NCBI GenBank assembly: GCA_965372795.1
Contig: CBDVDR010000006.1
Span: 1-64,000 of the forward strand
Direction of reading: 5' to 3'
Length of the DNA stretch: 64,000 nucleotides
Source: an uncultured bacterium
GTDB lineage: Bacteria; Zixibacteria; MSB-5A5; GN15; FEB-12
Each line of letters opens with the position of its first letter. Within the stretch, counting starts at the first letter, position 1. This document shows, one piece after another, positions 37,730 through 47,712 of the stretch. Under the pieces are notes generated by a model that ran no database searches, had not been told where the DNA came from, and saw only the letters and a program-made list of their open reading frames with translations. Position numbers and translations under genes: made by a program.

Positions 37730-38482
37730 TTATCTATCTTTCTTTCTTTGTAAATCGTATAACTTTGAATATTTAACCAATACCGCGACTGAAGATAAAA
37801 CAGCTAAAACAAAGCCTTCAATTCCATCAAGAAATCCGCTTTTAAAAAAGTAATGTTTCAAAAACGCAGCCAGAGGTCGAATGGTTATATCACTCAGATT
37901 GAAACGTCGACCTTTTTCATAAAGTTCTTTTGCTCCCAGAGTCGTGTATTTATTAAACTTATCAAAATAATGATCCAGATCAGGATAGCTGTAATGGAGC
38001 ATGTCATATTTAGAATAGGCTGATTTTCCATTTAGTACAACTTTCTCATGCACAATTGCATCATCAAATTGTCCCGAGTTTTTTCTGAATAATCTCAATA
38101 CATAATCAGGGTACCATCCACTATGTTTTATCCAACGTCCTAAGAATTGGGTTTTCCTTCTGATGAAAAGTCCTTTGAACTCTTTTGGATTTTTAACAAA
38201 GTTTATAATTTCATCCTGTAATTCTTTGGTTACTTCTTCATCAGCATCAATTGAAAATATCCAATCGCCGGTTGCTTCGGTTACTCCGGCACCTTTGGCA
38301 ATACCAAAACCCCGCCACTTTGGGGAAATAATTTTCGCATGGTATTCTTTGGCGATATCAACGGTTTTATCAGTCGATTGACTGTCAACGACAACTATTT
38401 CATCTGCCCATTTTACAGAGTCCAGACAACGGCGAAGATTATGCTCTTCGTTTTTGGTTATAACAACTGCTGATATTTTCAT
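37730..38482 (-). CDS. Glycosyltransferase family 2 (WaaE/KdtX-like LPS glucosyltransferase)
   Basis: ITKNEE, VVDSQSTDKT, IDADE, WYPDYVLRLF, VHE and GFLDG motifs. Confidence 0.88.
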   Translation of the reverse strand: MKISAVVITKNEEHNLRRCLDSVKWADEIVVVDSQSTDKTVDIAKEYHAKIISPKWRGFGIAKGAGVTEATGDWIFSIDADEEVTKELQDEIINFVKNPKEFKGLFIRRKTQFLGRWIKHSGWYPDYVLRLFRKNSGQFDDAIVHEKVVLNGKSAYSKYDMLHYSYPDLDHYFDKFNKYTTLGAKELYEKGRRFNLSDITIRPLAAFLKHYFFKSGFLDGIEGFVLAVLSSVAVLVKYSKLYDLQRKKDR

Positions 38483-39597
38483 TTTAGCTCCAGCAGTTTC
38501 TGTTCAATTGCAAGTTTTTGGAATGTTTTAACAACATCATCGGGGGTTATATCATGAATATTATCATCATTGTTAGAGACAACCTCCCCAACGGACTGCT
38601 TATATGGCCGCCATAATAGAAAGTTTTTCATAAACTGAGTATACAGCCCAACGACATTGACCTTAAACGAGCGGGCAATATGCACTAAAGAAGTATCCGG
38701 GCTGATTAATAAGTTAAGATTTTTAATGACTGCTGAGGCTTGAATAAGATTCATTTGGTCAGGGATCAAATACACAGAGTTATTGATTTGACTTTTAACT
38801 TCTTCTGCCCGTTTTCGTTCAGTTGGGATAGTAAACAAAATCATTTTGATATTGCGGTTCAAAGCAATTAAACTTTTTACTAACTCAACCGACTTTGACA
38901 TCTCCCACACCCTTGTTGGCGCTCCGGCAGACAGATTATATCCGATAAGCAATGATGAGTCGCTGCCATTTTTAACCGTTTCAATAAATTCCCTGGCTTT
39001 ATTGGAAGAATCATCATCAATGAAAGGCGGAGCAAAACCATCGATAGTTGCACTGTCGATATTAAAGGCATCCAGAAGTTTTAGTGTATTCTCAATTATA
39101 TGTCCGGTGTTTCCCATTCTATGATCGTAATTAAAATCATAATATTCCTGATACTTTATTTTCCCAACACCAATCCGTGGTTTTCCACGGGAAAGTATTT
39201 GTGACAGGAATAAGGCAGTTACGGAATCATCACAGATCATATCAACAACGCAGTCATAATTTTCATTTCGCATCGCACGAATTGTTTTTATATCTTTCCA
39301 GAGATTTTTAGTATACAAGAATATTTTTTCGAATCTAGGATCATTTTTAATTATAGCATAATTTTTGGGAGAGCCTAAAATAGAAATTTTGATATTGGGA
39401 AAATGTTTTACAAGGCCATCAAACACCGGAAACGAAATGACCATATCTCCGATTTTTTCAGGTCTCAAAAATAGAACTTTTTTAATTTTTGTGCCATCAA
39501 GCGGGACAAAATTTTCCTTGCCCTTTTTCAATGTCTTTCGGAAAATTGAAAAGAAGAAAGCTTTGAACTTATGTTCTATAGGTTTCAGCTTATCCAT
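38479..39597 (-). CDS. Glycosyltransferase family 9
   Basis: RPEKIGDMV and SPDTSLVHIA motifs; start set at ATG 39597 (TAATG overlap with the GT4 stop). Confidence 0.85.
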   Translation of the reverse strand: MDKLKPIEHKFKAFFFSIFRKTLKKGKENFVPLDGTKIKKVLFLRPEKIGDMVISFPVFDGLVKHFPNIKISILGSPKNYAIIKNDPRFEKIFLYTKNLWKDIKTIRAMRNENYDCVVDMICDDSVTALFLSQILSRGKPRIGVGKIKYQEYYDFNYDHRMGNTGHIIENTLKLLDAFNIDSATIDGFAPPFIDDDSSNKAREFIETVKNGSDSSLLIGYNLSAGAPTRVWEMSKSVELVKSLIALNRNIKMILFTIPTERKRAEEVKSQINNSVYLIPDQMNLIQASAVIKNLNLLISPDTSLVHIARSFKVNVVGLYTQFMKNFLLWRPYKQSVGEVVSNNDDNIHDITPDDVVKTFQKLAIEQKLLELK

Positions 39598-40715
39598 TAG
39601 TTTGTTATTTTCGAGCAATAGCGATTTAGATACTGTTCTATATTACTAATCATCATTTCAAGTTGAAAGATATCTTCCCATCTTTTGACTCCTGCCATTC
39701 CCATAGTTAACATACGGTCGGGGTTGCTGAGAAGTTTATTTACAGTAGTGGAAATGAGGTCCTGCTTTTCTGATTCAATTAAAACCGCGGTTGCTCCATC
39801 TTTAACAACTTCTGGAATTCCTCCGACTTTGCTGGCAACAATCGGCAGACCGGCACGCATCCCTTCAAGGATCGAAATGCCAAAGGGCTCCTCAACCGAG
39901 GGATGGATCATCAAATCTGATCCGGCAAGTTCCTTATCAAGATTATCAAGCATCCCGGCAAAAATAAAGTAATTTTCAATGTTTAGGCTTTTTATTCGAT
40001 CCTGCAATAAACCTTTTAAAGGACCATCACCCAACCACAGAAATTTAATTTTTGGATAATTTTCTATAATTGCCGGAGCAGCTTCAACCAGAAATTTGTG
40101 CCCTTTTTGATCGACAAAACGCCCCGATGTGATCGCAATAATGGAATCCTTTGCAATATCATATTTGTTACAAATAGAGTCTTTAGCCAGGACTTTGTCA
40201 TGCTTATTTTTGATGGGCGGTATTCCGATTGGAATAACTTTGACACTGTCCGGTTCGATATATCCTTTTGAGATAATCTGTTTTTTTAGAGCTTCTGAAG
40301 GTGTAATCACGCCATCAATTAATTTTGGGGTCAAGAATTTGTGTGAAAAACTATCTTTGGTAATATCCAAACCAACCGACCAAATAACTTTTGGAGAACC
40401 TTCCCAACGAGCGGCAAGACCACCCAGTCGGATATCTTTGGTAAAGTTTGTGACAACAATATCAATTTTATTTTCAGTAATAAATTTTTTAATTTTATTT
40501 ATAGTCGATGGATTAAAATCACCGGATATATTTAACGGAAGGAAATTTATATTGTTCGAGTTTTTTTTAGCTCTTGCAAGAAATTTGGACCCTGAACGAC
40601 CTACTATTGTCACCTTATGATTACGATCGGCAAGTCCCTGGGCAACAAGCCGTATCCATTCTTCCATGCCGCCATAGGTCTCAACTTCGATAGAATCAAG
40701 AAATAGAATATTCAT
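39597..40715 (-). CDS. Glycosyltransferase family 4
   Basis: YGGME, GRFVDQKGH and EPFGISILEGMRAGLPIVASKVGGIPEVV motifs. Confidence 0.9.
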   Translation of the reverse strand: MNILFLDSIEVETYGGMEEWIRLVAQGLADRNHKVTIVGRSGSKFLARAKKNSNNINFLPLNISGDFNPSTINKIKKFITENKIDIVVTNFTKDIRLGGLAARWEGSPKVIWSVGLDITKDSFSHKFLTPKLIDGVITPSEALKKQIISKGYIEPDSVKVIPIGIPPIKNKHDKVLAKDSICNKYDIAKDSIIAITSGRFVDQKGHKFLVEAAPAIIENYPKIKFLWLGDGPLKGLLQDRIKSLNIENYFIFAGMLDNLDKELAGSDLMIHPSVEEPFGISILEGMRAGLPIVASKVGGIPEVVKDGATAVLIESEKQDLISTTVNKLLSNPDRMLTMGMAGVKRWEDIFQLEMMISNIEQYLNRYCSKITN

Positions 40716-42592
40716 CGATCCTCCGAGAATTGGATGGAATGCAGTCGTTTGTATGTACCGCCGTTTTGCAAAAGTTCTTCATGCGAACCAGATTCAGTAA
40801 TCACACCATTATCAATAACAAATATCCGATTAGCATTCTTGATAGTTGATAGTCGGTGAGCGATCACTAATGATGTCCGACTTGACATCAGGCGATCAAT
40901 CGCTTCCTGAACCAGAACTTCCGACTCAGTATCAAGGGCGGAAGTTGCTTCATCGAAAATCAAAATTTGCGGATCTTTCAGCAATGCCCTGGCAATTGCT
41001 ATTCGCTGACGTTGTCCTCCGGAAAGCATCACCCCTCTATTGCCGACCGGGGTTTCATATTGGCGATCAAGCTGAGTAATAAATTCGTGGGCATTAGCCA
41101 TTTTTGAGGCTTCAATTATTTTTTCTTCAGAGACACCCTCTAAACCGTAAGCAATATTATTTCGAATGGTATCATTAAACAGATATGTTTCCTGAGTCAC
41201 AATTCCCATTAGATTACGCAGGGAATTCAAGGTCAAATCACGAATGTCAATTCCATCAATTTTAATTTGACCTTCCAGAGTGTCATAAAACCTTGGGAGT
41301 AGATCAAGCAAAGTCGATTTTCCGCCTCCTGACGGACCGACAAAAGCAACCACCTCGCCCGCTTTGACTTCAAAAGAGATGTTTTTCAAAACCGGCTCTG
41401 AGGGATTGTAACTAAAGCTGACATTGTTGTAACTAATTGATTGTTTTAACAGATCAATCGTTTTAGGGTGAGGCGGATCAACAACCTTCTCTACCGTATC
41501 CATCACTTCAAAAACACGCTCGGCAGCTGCCATCCCTTCCTGTAATTTTACATGAATTTGCGTTAGGGATTTAACCGGCTTTATCAAAGAGAACATAGCC
41601 ACAACATAAGTTAAAAAATCACCGGCATCTAATTCACCGGTTCCGGCAATGATTTTACTTCCGGCGTACAACAAAATCATAATTCCGGCGAGGGTTGCAA
41701 GGATATCATTAATCGGCGATGCCAGATGTCTTATGCGGGTCATCCGCAACAGAGCGATAAAATAGTTATAGGTTGCGCCAAAAAATTTATTCAGCTCAAA
41801 TTGTTCCATTGAAAAGGCTTTTACAATACGAATATTGTTAATTGATTCTTCAAGAACCGAATTAACATCAGCCATTCTCTCTTGTGATCGTTCCGAATAT
41901 TTTCGTAATTTTTTCCCGATAAACCAGATAAAGCCGAAAACCAAAGGCAGAATTACCATTGCTAAAATCGTTAATTTCCAGCTGATTATAATTAGAAAAG
42001 CCGAGAATAACAGAACCATGATACTGTCAGTAACAAGTCGGTTAAATCCAATATCAATAGACTCATTCAGGACGACCACATCGTTGGTAACTCTTGAAAT
42101 TATCTGCCCTGTTCGGCGGGAATGAAAATAATCAAGGGAGAGTTTTTGATATTTTTTAAAGAGATTATCTCGAAAGGTTTTAATAATTGATTGTTGCACG
42201 AATGCCATGAAAAATCCCTGCAAATACAAAAACAGGTTTTTCCCAAATACAATGAAGAAAATAAACCAGCAATATTTGACCAGAGTATCCTGTCGGGTCT
42301 CTCCTAAAACAAGCGAATCAATCCAGGCTTTCATAGAATCTTTAATTGAGCCAACACCGGTTGAAACCGATTCAATAACACCTTTTGAATCCGAAGGATT
42401 TATTGTTTGTTCAATTACTACTTCCGGAATCCCGGGTGCATTTTCAACCTGAAACAGAGTCATAAGCAACGGACCAACCATCCATACCAGCATTCCTGAT
42501 AAAATAGCATGGAGTGCGGCTGAAACCGAAGCGGTAACAAGCTGTTTCCAACAGGGCTTTAAAGCCCCAAATGTACGTTTATATAAATTCAC
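40712..42592 (-). CDS. msbA: Lipid A-core flippase, MsbA-like ABC transporter
   Basis: TMD-NBD fusion with GPSGGGKST, LSGGQRQRIAIARA and DEATSALD; heads an LPS glycosyltransferase cluster. Confidence 0.85.
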   Translation of the reverse strand: MNLYKRTFGALKPCWKQLVTASVSAALHAILSGMLVWMVGPLLMTLFQVENAPGIPEVVIEQTINPSDSKGVIESVSTGVGSIKDSMKAWIDSLVLGETRQDTLVKYCWFIFFIVFGKNLFLYLQGFFMAFVQQSIIKTFRDNLFKKYQKLSLDYFHSRRTGQIISRVTNDVVVLNESIDIGFNRLVTDSIMVLLFSAFLIIISWKLTILAMVILPLVFGFIWFIGKKLRKYSERSQERMADVNSVLEESINNIRIVKAFSMEQFELNKFFGATYNYFIALLRMTRIRHLASPINDILATLAGIMILLYAGSKIIAGTGELDAGDFLTYVVAMFSLIKPVKSLTQIHVKLQEGMAAAERVFEVMDTVEKVVDPPHPKTIDLLKQSISYNNVSFSYNPSEPVLKNISFEVKAGEVVAFVGPSGGGKSTLLDLLPRFYDTLEGQIKIDGIDIRDLTLNSLRNLMGIVTQETYLFNDTIRNNIAYGLEGVSEEKIIEASKMANAHEFITQLDRQYETPVGNRGVMLSGGQRQRIAIARALLKDPQILIFDEATSALDTESEVLVQEAIDRLMSSRTSLVIAHRLSTIKNANRIFVIDNGVITESGSHEELLQNGGTYKRLHSIQFSEDR

Positions 42593-42671
42593 TTTATTTT
42601 ACCAATTCTCATATAATCTTTTAATATTGGGAATTCCCACAAAGAAGTCAACCGTACTAACTAAGTGAATT

Positions 42672-43349
42672 TCAAGGGTTTATTATAAGTGCCCGCTCAG
42701 GGATATCGACCTGAAACTTTGAATACGGCACTTTGGCATTTTGCTTGATTGTCCGGCGTTGCCCTTTGATCTCCAAAGAGTTGCTATTAGTTATTAAAAA
42801 GGATTTTAATCTCTTTTGATTATCTTTGATATCATATTTTAAATCAATTTTCCAAAGACAGTTATCTGCTATAACAGTATAGTTGTATTTCGACTTTCCA
42901 ATATCAGCAATAACATTGAAAAGCTGATCATTGAATACTTGCTCAATCTCGCCTTGAAAAAGTTTTAGTAAATCAAATTCATTTATGTTTTCGAGACAAT
43001 TTTCTGATGATAATAATTGCGGAGTCGCATCATATACATATTCATCAGTTGCAGGAAAGTATACTTTTAATGAATCGTGTCTGATCCAGCCTTTTAGAAC
43101 ACCTTTTCCAAGGTACCCTCTACCAGCCAGAGCAATGACTGAATCGGTTTCATACACTTCAAGCCTGAAAGATCTTGGTTTATTATGGATTTTTAGTCGG
43201 CTGTCAAAAAGGTAAGCATTGGCAATAATTTTTTCAGATGATTTTTTACGGTTTCCCTGTTCGGAAGTTGTTCCTCTTTTAACAACGGATGAACACCCGC
43301 AAATTACGATTAAGCTGCTTAGAATAGTTATCTTTGTAATAACATTCAT
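42672..43349 (-). CDS. Hypothetical lipoprotein
   Basis: Lipobox-like ICGC after a hydrophobic stretch; beta-rich; 3 nt downstream of the site-2 protease gene. Confidence 0.65.
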   Translation of the reverse strand: MNVITKITILSSLIVICGCSSVVKRGTTSEQGNRKKSSEKIIANAYLFDSRLKIHNKPRSFRLEVYETDSVIALAGRGYLGKGVLKGWIRHDSLKVYFPATDEYVYDATPQLLSSENCLENINEFDLLKLFQGEIEQVFNDQLFNVIADIGKSKYNYTVIADNCLWKIDLKYDIKDNQKRLKSFLITNSNSLEIKGQRRTIKQNAKVPYSKFQVDIPERALIINP

Positions 43350-43352
43350 ACA

Positions 43353-43979
43353 TTAAATACTTATCCCCGAAAACAAGTAAACAAACAAAGAGATAAACGG
43401 ACCCAGAATTAACCAGAATCCACCGAACATAATTAGCATTATTAGAATAAAAGGTGAGTACCTTTCAATCTGGTCGAATGTCGATTCATATTCACGCGGC
43501 ATTAAATTTCTAAGGATGTGCGAACCATCCAGGGGATATAACGGAATTAAATTGAAAAATCCAAGTGAGACATTGATCATTACCGAAAAGAATAAGAACA
43601 GATAGACCGCCTCGGGTAAATTTAACGACAACATGCCAACGATACGAAAGAGCATGCCAAAAATAAATGCCAGTCCAAAATTTGATAACGGTCCGGCAGC
43701 CGAAATCCAAATATCAGCAACTCTCGGATTCCGCAGGTTCATAGGATTAACCGGAACCGGTTTTGCCCACCCGAATCTAAAACCCGAGGCAAACATCATG
43801 ACAGTTCCCATCAAGCTTAAGTGAGCCATTGGATTTAAGGTTAATCTCCCCATATCTCTGGCAGTAGGATCGCCAAATCGCAGGGCTGTCCAGGCATGAA
43901 AATATTCATGAACTGTCAGGGCAAACAAAATCGCCGGAGCAGCAATGATAGCACGTCTTATAAAATCAGCATCAAACAT
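43353..43979 (-). CDS. Site-2 protease (M50 family)
   Basis: HEYFH, GRLTLNP, WAKPVPVNP, AAGPLSN and FNLIPLYPLDGS motifs. Confidence 0.92.
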   Translation of the reverse strand: MFDADFIRRAIIAAPAILFALTVHEYFHAWTALRFGDPTARDMGRLTLNPMAHLSLMGTVMMFASGFRFGWAKPVPVNPMNLRNPRVADIWISAAGPLSNFGLAFIFGMLFRIVGMLSLNLPEAVYLFLFFSVMINVSLGFFNLIPLYPLDGSHILRNLMPREYESTFDQIERYSPFILIMLIMFGGFWLILGPFISLFVYLFSGISI

Positions 43980-44034
43980 AAGTAATCTCTTTCATTTATA
44001 CTCTATCAAACGGCATTTACGCCTAAATATCAAT

Positions 44035-44067
44035 AAAAAAAACGGCTCAGCTTTAGATTGAGCCGTT
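44035..44067 (-). terminator. Intrinsic terminator after gdh
   Basis: AACGGCTCA-N9-TGAGCCGTT followed by a T tract on the minus strand. Confidence 0.8.
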
Positions 44068-44084
44068 AATTATCAATATAAATC

Positions 44085-45410
44085 TTATGCGTATATTCCG
44101 CGAAGTTCAACAACTTCCATCACTCGAGTAATTGCCAGCATAAAAGCGCCAATGCGAAGCGGAGATTTACTGTCGAGTGAAACCTTTAAAACATCATTAA
44201 AAGCCGCAACCAATTTTTCTTCAAGGCGACGATTAACTTCTTCTTCCGTCCAATAATAGCCCAATCGATTTTGAACCCACTCAAAATAAGATACAGTCAC
44301 ACCACCGGCATTACAGAGAATATCCGGTATAACAAATACTTTATTTTTAAAGAGGATGCTGTCAGCTTCAGGAGTTGTAGGACCATTGGCCCCTTCGGCA
44401 AGAATTTTACATTTAACCTTATGAGCATTTTTTTCAGTAATCTGATTTTCAAGAGCTGCCGGAATCATGATATCAACATTTGCAAAAAGGATTTTCTCAG
44501 GTTTGGTAGGATTAGCTCCGGGGAATCCGACTATTTTTTTTGTTTTACCAACGTATTTGATAAGTTCGTCGATATCGATTCCATTTTTATTTTCGAGGGC
44601 TCCGAAGGCATCTGAGATATGAGTAAATTTCACACCAAGATCATGTAGTAGTTTAGCAGAAACCGAGCCAACATTTCCGAACCCCTGAACTGAGGCGGTT
44701 GCCTGAGTTAAGTCAATTTTAAGATGTTTTGCCGCTTCGCGGGTACAAAGCATAACTCCCCTGCCAGTTGCCTCTACCCGTCCCAATGAGCCCCCCAGAC
44801 TAATAGGTTTACCGGTTACGACTGAGGTTATGGTATGATTTTCTCTCATGGAATAAGTGTCCATAAACCACGCCATTACTCTTGGTCCGGTGCCAACGTC
44901 GGGAGCGGGAATGTCATCATTCGGTCCAAAGACATTGATCAAATCAGCCACATAACGTCGGGTCAATCGTTCAAGTTCACCCTCAGATAATTTTTGAGGA
45001 TCACAAATAATGCCGCCTTTACCGCCACCAAACGGAATATTTACCACAGCACATTTCCAGGTCATCCAACTGGCTAAAGCCTGTACTTCGTCAAGAGTTA
45101 CTCCCGGATGATACCGCACCCCACCCTTTGCCGGTCCTCTGGCAATTGAATGTTGTACTCTAAATCCCTGAAACATTTTAAAAGAGCCATCATCCATTCT
45201 GACTGGAATATTGACAATTGTACTGCGACGAGGCATTTTAATAAATTCGAAAACTGATTTATCAATTTTTAACTTCTTAGCGGCAGCATCAAACTGTTTC
45301 ATCACGTTATCAAAAACAGAAATAGGAATTGATTTATTCTTCCTTGATACGATACTCCTTGAATGCCTTTTCTTTTTTGTTGTGACAGCAGGCACTTTTT
45401 TTGAGGGCAT
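44085..45410 (-). CDS. gdhA: Glu/Leu/Phe/Val dehydrogenase (glutamate dehydrogenase)
   Basis: RGPAKGGVRY, MTWKCAV, GGGKGG, DIPAPDV, TGKP, QGFGNVG, EGANGP and NAGGVTVSYFEWVQN motifs. Confidence 0.93.
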   Translation of the reverse strand: MPSKKVPAVTTKKKRHSRSIVSRKNKSIPISVFDNVMKQFDAAAKKLKIDKSVFEFIKMPRRSTIVNIPVRMDDGSFKMFQGFRVQHSIARGPAKGGVRYHPGVTLDEVQALASWMTWKCAVVNIPFGGGKGGIICDPQKLSEGELERLTRRYVADLINVFGPNDDIPAPDVGTGPRVMAWFMDTYSMRENHTITSVVTGKPISLGGSLGRVEATGRGVMLCTREAAKHLKIDLTQATASVQGFGNVGSVSAKLLHDLGVKFTHISDAFGALENKNGIDIDELIKYVGKTKKIVGFPGANPTKPEKILFANVDIMIPAALENQITEKNAHKVKCKILAEGANGPTTPEADSILFKNKVFVIPDILCNAGGVTVSYFEWVQNRLGYYWTEEEVNRRLEEKLVAAFNDVLKVSLDSKSPLRIGAFMLAITRVMEVVELRGIYA

Positions 45411-45437
45411 TTTGAACTCCTAATATAATTAAATTAT

Positions 45438-46025
45438 TTATTTTACAGATACTGACTTAGATGTTTTATCATAAAACCGCCATGGATTTTCAACAGCTTC
45501 AGTAATTCCTATACGAGGCGCGGTTGTATATTCAACGGACATCTCGTTTCTATCTTCCAGATAAATTTCATCCCCGGTAATATCAATATTGTTATGCACT
45601 CTGTTAATCCCAAAGGAACGACAAAATTTACCCGGTCCGTTTAGAAGTTGGTGCTCTTTTTTGTTTGGAGAAAGCCGGTGCATAATATCAATTCCTTCGC
45701 ATGGCTCGGCCCCTCTCAAAAGTATTGCACAGGCAGAACCTTTGGGTTCGGTTACAAAATTAAAACAGTTATACATCCCATATATAAAATATACGTAAGA
45801 GATACCAGCTTTTCCAAAAAGTGGTTTATTCCTTTGAGTTTCACCTTTAAATGCATGACAAGCAGGATCATCACTTGCAATATAAGCTTCAACTTCAACG
45901 ATTCTGGCAGATAATTTTCCTTGTGGAGAATTATAAACGATATATTTCCCTAAAATCTCCGGAGCAATCTCAAGCGTTGGTCGATTATAAAACCCTCTTT
46001 TAATTTTCTTATAGCCACGAGACAT
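45438..46025 (-). CDS. DNA-3-methyladenine glycosylase (MPG/AAG family)
   Basis: RIVEVEAY, DPACH, YVYFIYGMYNCFN, NGPGK, PRIGI and WRFY motifs. Confidence 0.93.
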   Translation of the reverse strand: MSRGYKKIKRGFYNRPTLEIAPEILGKYIVYNSPQGKLSARIVEVEAYIASDDPACHAFKGETQRNKPLFGKAGISYVYFIYGMYNCFNFVTEPKGSACAILLRGAEPCEGIDIMHRLSPNKKEHQLLNGPGKFCRSFGINRVHNNIDITGDEIYLEDRNEMSVEYTTAPRIGITEAVENPWRFYDKTSKSVSVK

Positions 46026-46029
46026 TTAA

Positions 46030-46878
46030 TTACGACTCACACCCTTTTATTGCTTCGGGTACAATTGCAGCTGCAAATTCGAAATCATATCCAACTTGAG
46101 TGGGATGATGAGCATCAGAACCAAGATAATGAACGGCAACACCCTTTTTCTTGGCAGCATTAATTACTTCCATTTGAGGATAATAATGATCAAATCCATG
46201 CTTGATTCCAGAAGTGTTAACTTCAAGTGAAGTATCAGAAGCAATCAGAGCCTTGAAGAAATCATCAATATACTCCCGGTGTACTGTAAGAGTCTTTTCG
46301 CCATAAAACTTTTTTCCATAACGCAAATAATAACAGGCATGGGCAATAGTGTCGAAAAATTTTGTATTAGTGGCTTTGATCAACTGATCAAAATATTTTT
46401 CCGCTAATTTGTCTAACGTATATTGGTTAAATATTTTCTCGTGTGATCTCTTGCTGCAGAAACAGATATTATCAAGTTCATGTAGACCACAAAGAAAATA
46501 ATCAATATCGTAGGTATTTTTTAATTTGAGAATTTCATCTTCACATCCTTCATACCATCCGATTTCTACGCCCAGTTTAACTGAGAGTCCCTGTTGATAA
46601 TATTTATCATGAGCTTTAAGAACATCTTCCACATAAGGGGCAAAATTTTCAATTGAAGTCGGTTTGTCTTCGCCCTTGATTCGGATTATATTTACGGTAT
46701 CACGATTTGGAATTTTGTCATAATGGGTCGTAAAACAGATTTCCGCCAAGCCTCTTTCAATAGCAGCCTCGCAATATTCATCAACGGTTCCTACAGCATC
46801 AATTGAGTAATTACAATGGACATGATAATCAGCAACGGCTTCCATTGGCAATCTTGTGATCTCATATTTTTCAGGCAA
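46030..46878 (-). CDS. PHP-family phosphatase (HisJ/HisK histidinol-phosphatase-like)
   Basis: DYHVH, FTTH, LGVE, EVNTSG and GSDAH motifs; start TTG 46878 after a GGAGG SD. Confidence 0.85.
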   Translation of the reverse strand: MPEKYEITRLPMEAVADYHVHCNYSIDAVGTVDEYCEAAIERGLAEICFTTHYDKIPNRDTVNIIRIKGEDKPTSIENFAPYVEDVLKAHDKYYQQGLSVKLGVEIGWYEGCEDEILKLKNTYDIDYFLCGLHELDNICFCSKRSHEKIFNQYTLDKLAEKYFDQLIKATNTKFFDTIAHACYYLRYGKKFYGEKTLTVHREYIDDFFKALIASDTSLEVNTSGIKHGFDHYYPQMEVINAAKKKGVAVHYLGSDAHHPTQVGYDFEFAAAIVPEAIKGCES

Positions 46879-47512
46879 AACTCCCTCCAATCAGAAAAGG
46901 ATTACTGTTTCTTTCGGTACCCACTGTTGTTTGGGGTCCATGACCTGGGAAACAGATAATTTCATCAGGAAGTTTCATAATTTTTTTATTAATTGAATCT
47001 AATAGTTTCTCAGTCGAGCAACCGGGAAAATCAGTCCTTCCTATCGACCCGGCAAACAGCGTATCGCCGGTAAAAAGGATGCCTTCTTTCTGATCCAAAT
47101 AACAAACCCCGCCCGGGGAGTGCCCCGGTGTAGCCAGAACAAGAAATTCAACTGATCCGATTGACACCAAATCTTCATCTGCTAAAGAGACATCTGCCGG
47201 TGGTGAAACAATCGGCTGATCAAAATAAGCAGAAACATTTGCCGATGGATTCGACAAAAGCTCTTCTTCTCCAGCCCCAATATAGAGCGGAATATCATAA
47301 TTTTCTTTAATATCCTTTACAGCGGCAATATGATCTCCGTGGCCATGAGTCAAAAATATCGCTTTGGGAGAAAAATCTGCATTTTTCACCGATTCGATAA
47401 TTTGATCTTTATCCGCACCGGGATCAATAATTATACCTTCCTGTCTCTCTTCATTCCAATAGAGGTAACAGTTAACTGCAAATGGGCCAACAACTATAGT
47501 TTGTAATTTCAT
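46871..47512 (-). CDS. Metallo-beta-lactamase-fold hydrolase (GloC/YcbL-like)
   Basis: THGHGDH, TPGHSPG, GDTLFAGSIGRTD and PGHGP motifs; start ATG 47512. Confidence 0.9.
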   Translation of the reverse strand: MKLQTIVVGPFAVNCYLYWNEERQEGIIIDPGADKDQIIESVKNADFSPKAIFLTHGHGDHIAAVKDIKENYDIPLYIGAGEEELLSNPSANVSAYFDQPIVSPPADVSLADEDLVSIGSVEFLVLATPGHSPGGVCYLDQKEGILFTGDTLFAGSIGRTDFPGCSTEKLLDSINKKIMKLPDEIICFPGHGPQTTVGTERNSNPFLIGGSFA

Positions 47513-47712
47513 AACTTTGAAAGAAATATCAGGGACTAACATTGTCAACTCTATTTTATTTATTGAGTGACTTATTAACCAGAAAATCTTAAATAAAACA
47601 GGAATTCAGGCATTACGGCTTGTGAAATAAATCACGTTTTTCTTGCCTTTTTATATTGACCCGCTTATATTTACATAATATATTCAAGCTCTTTTTTATA
47701 GGAGTTGTAGAA

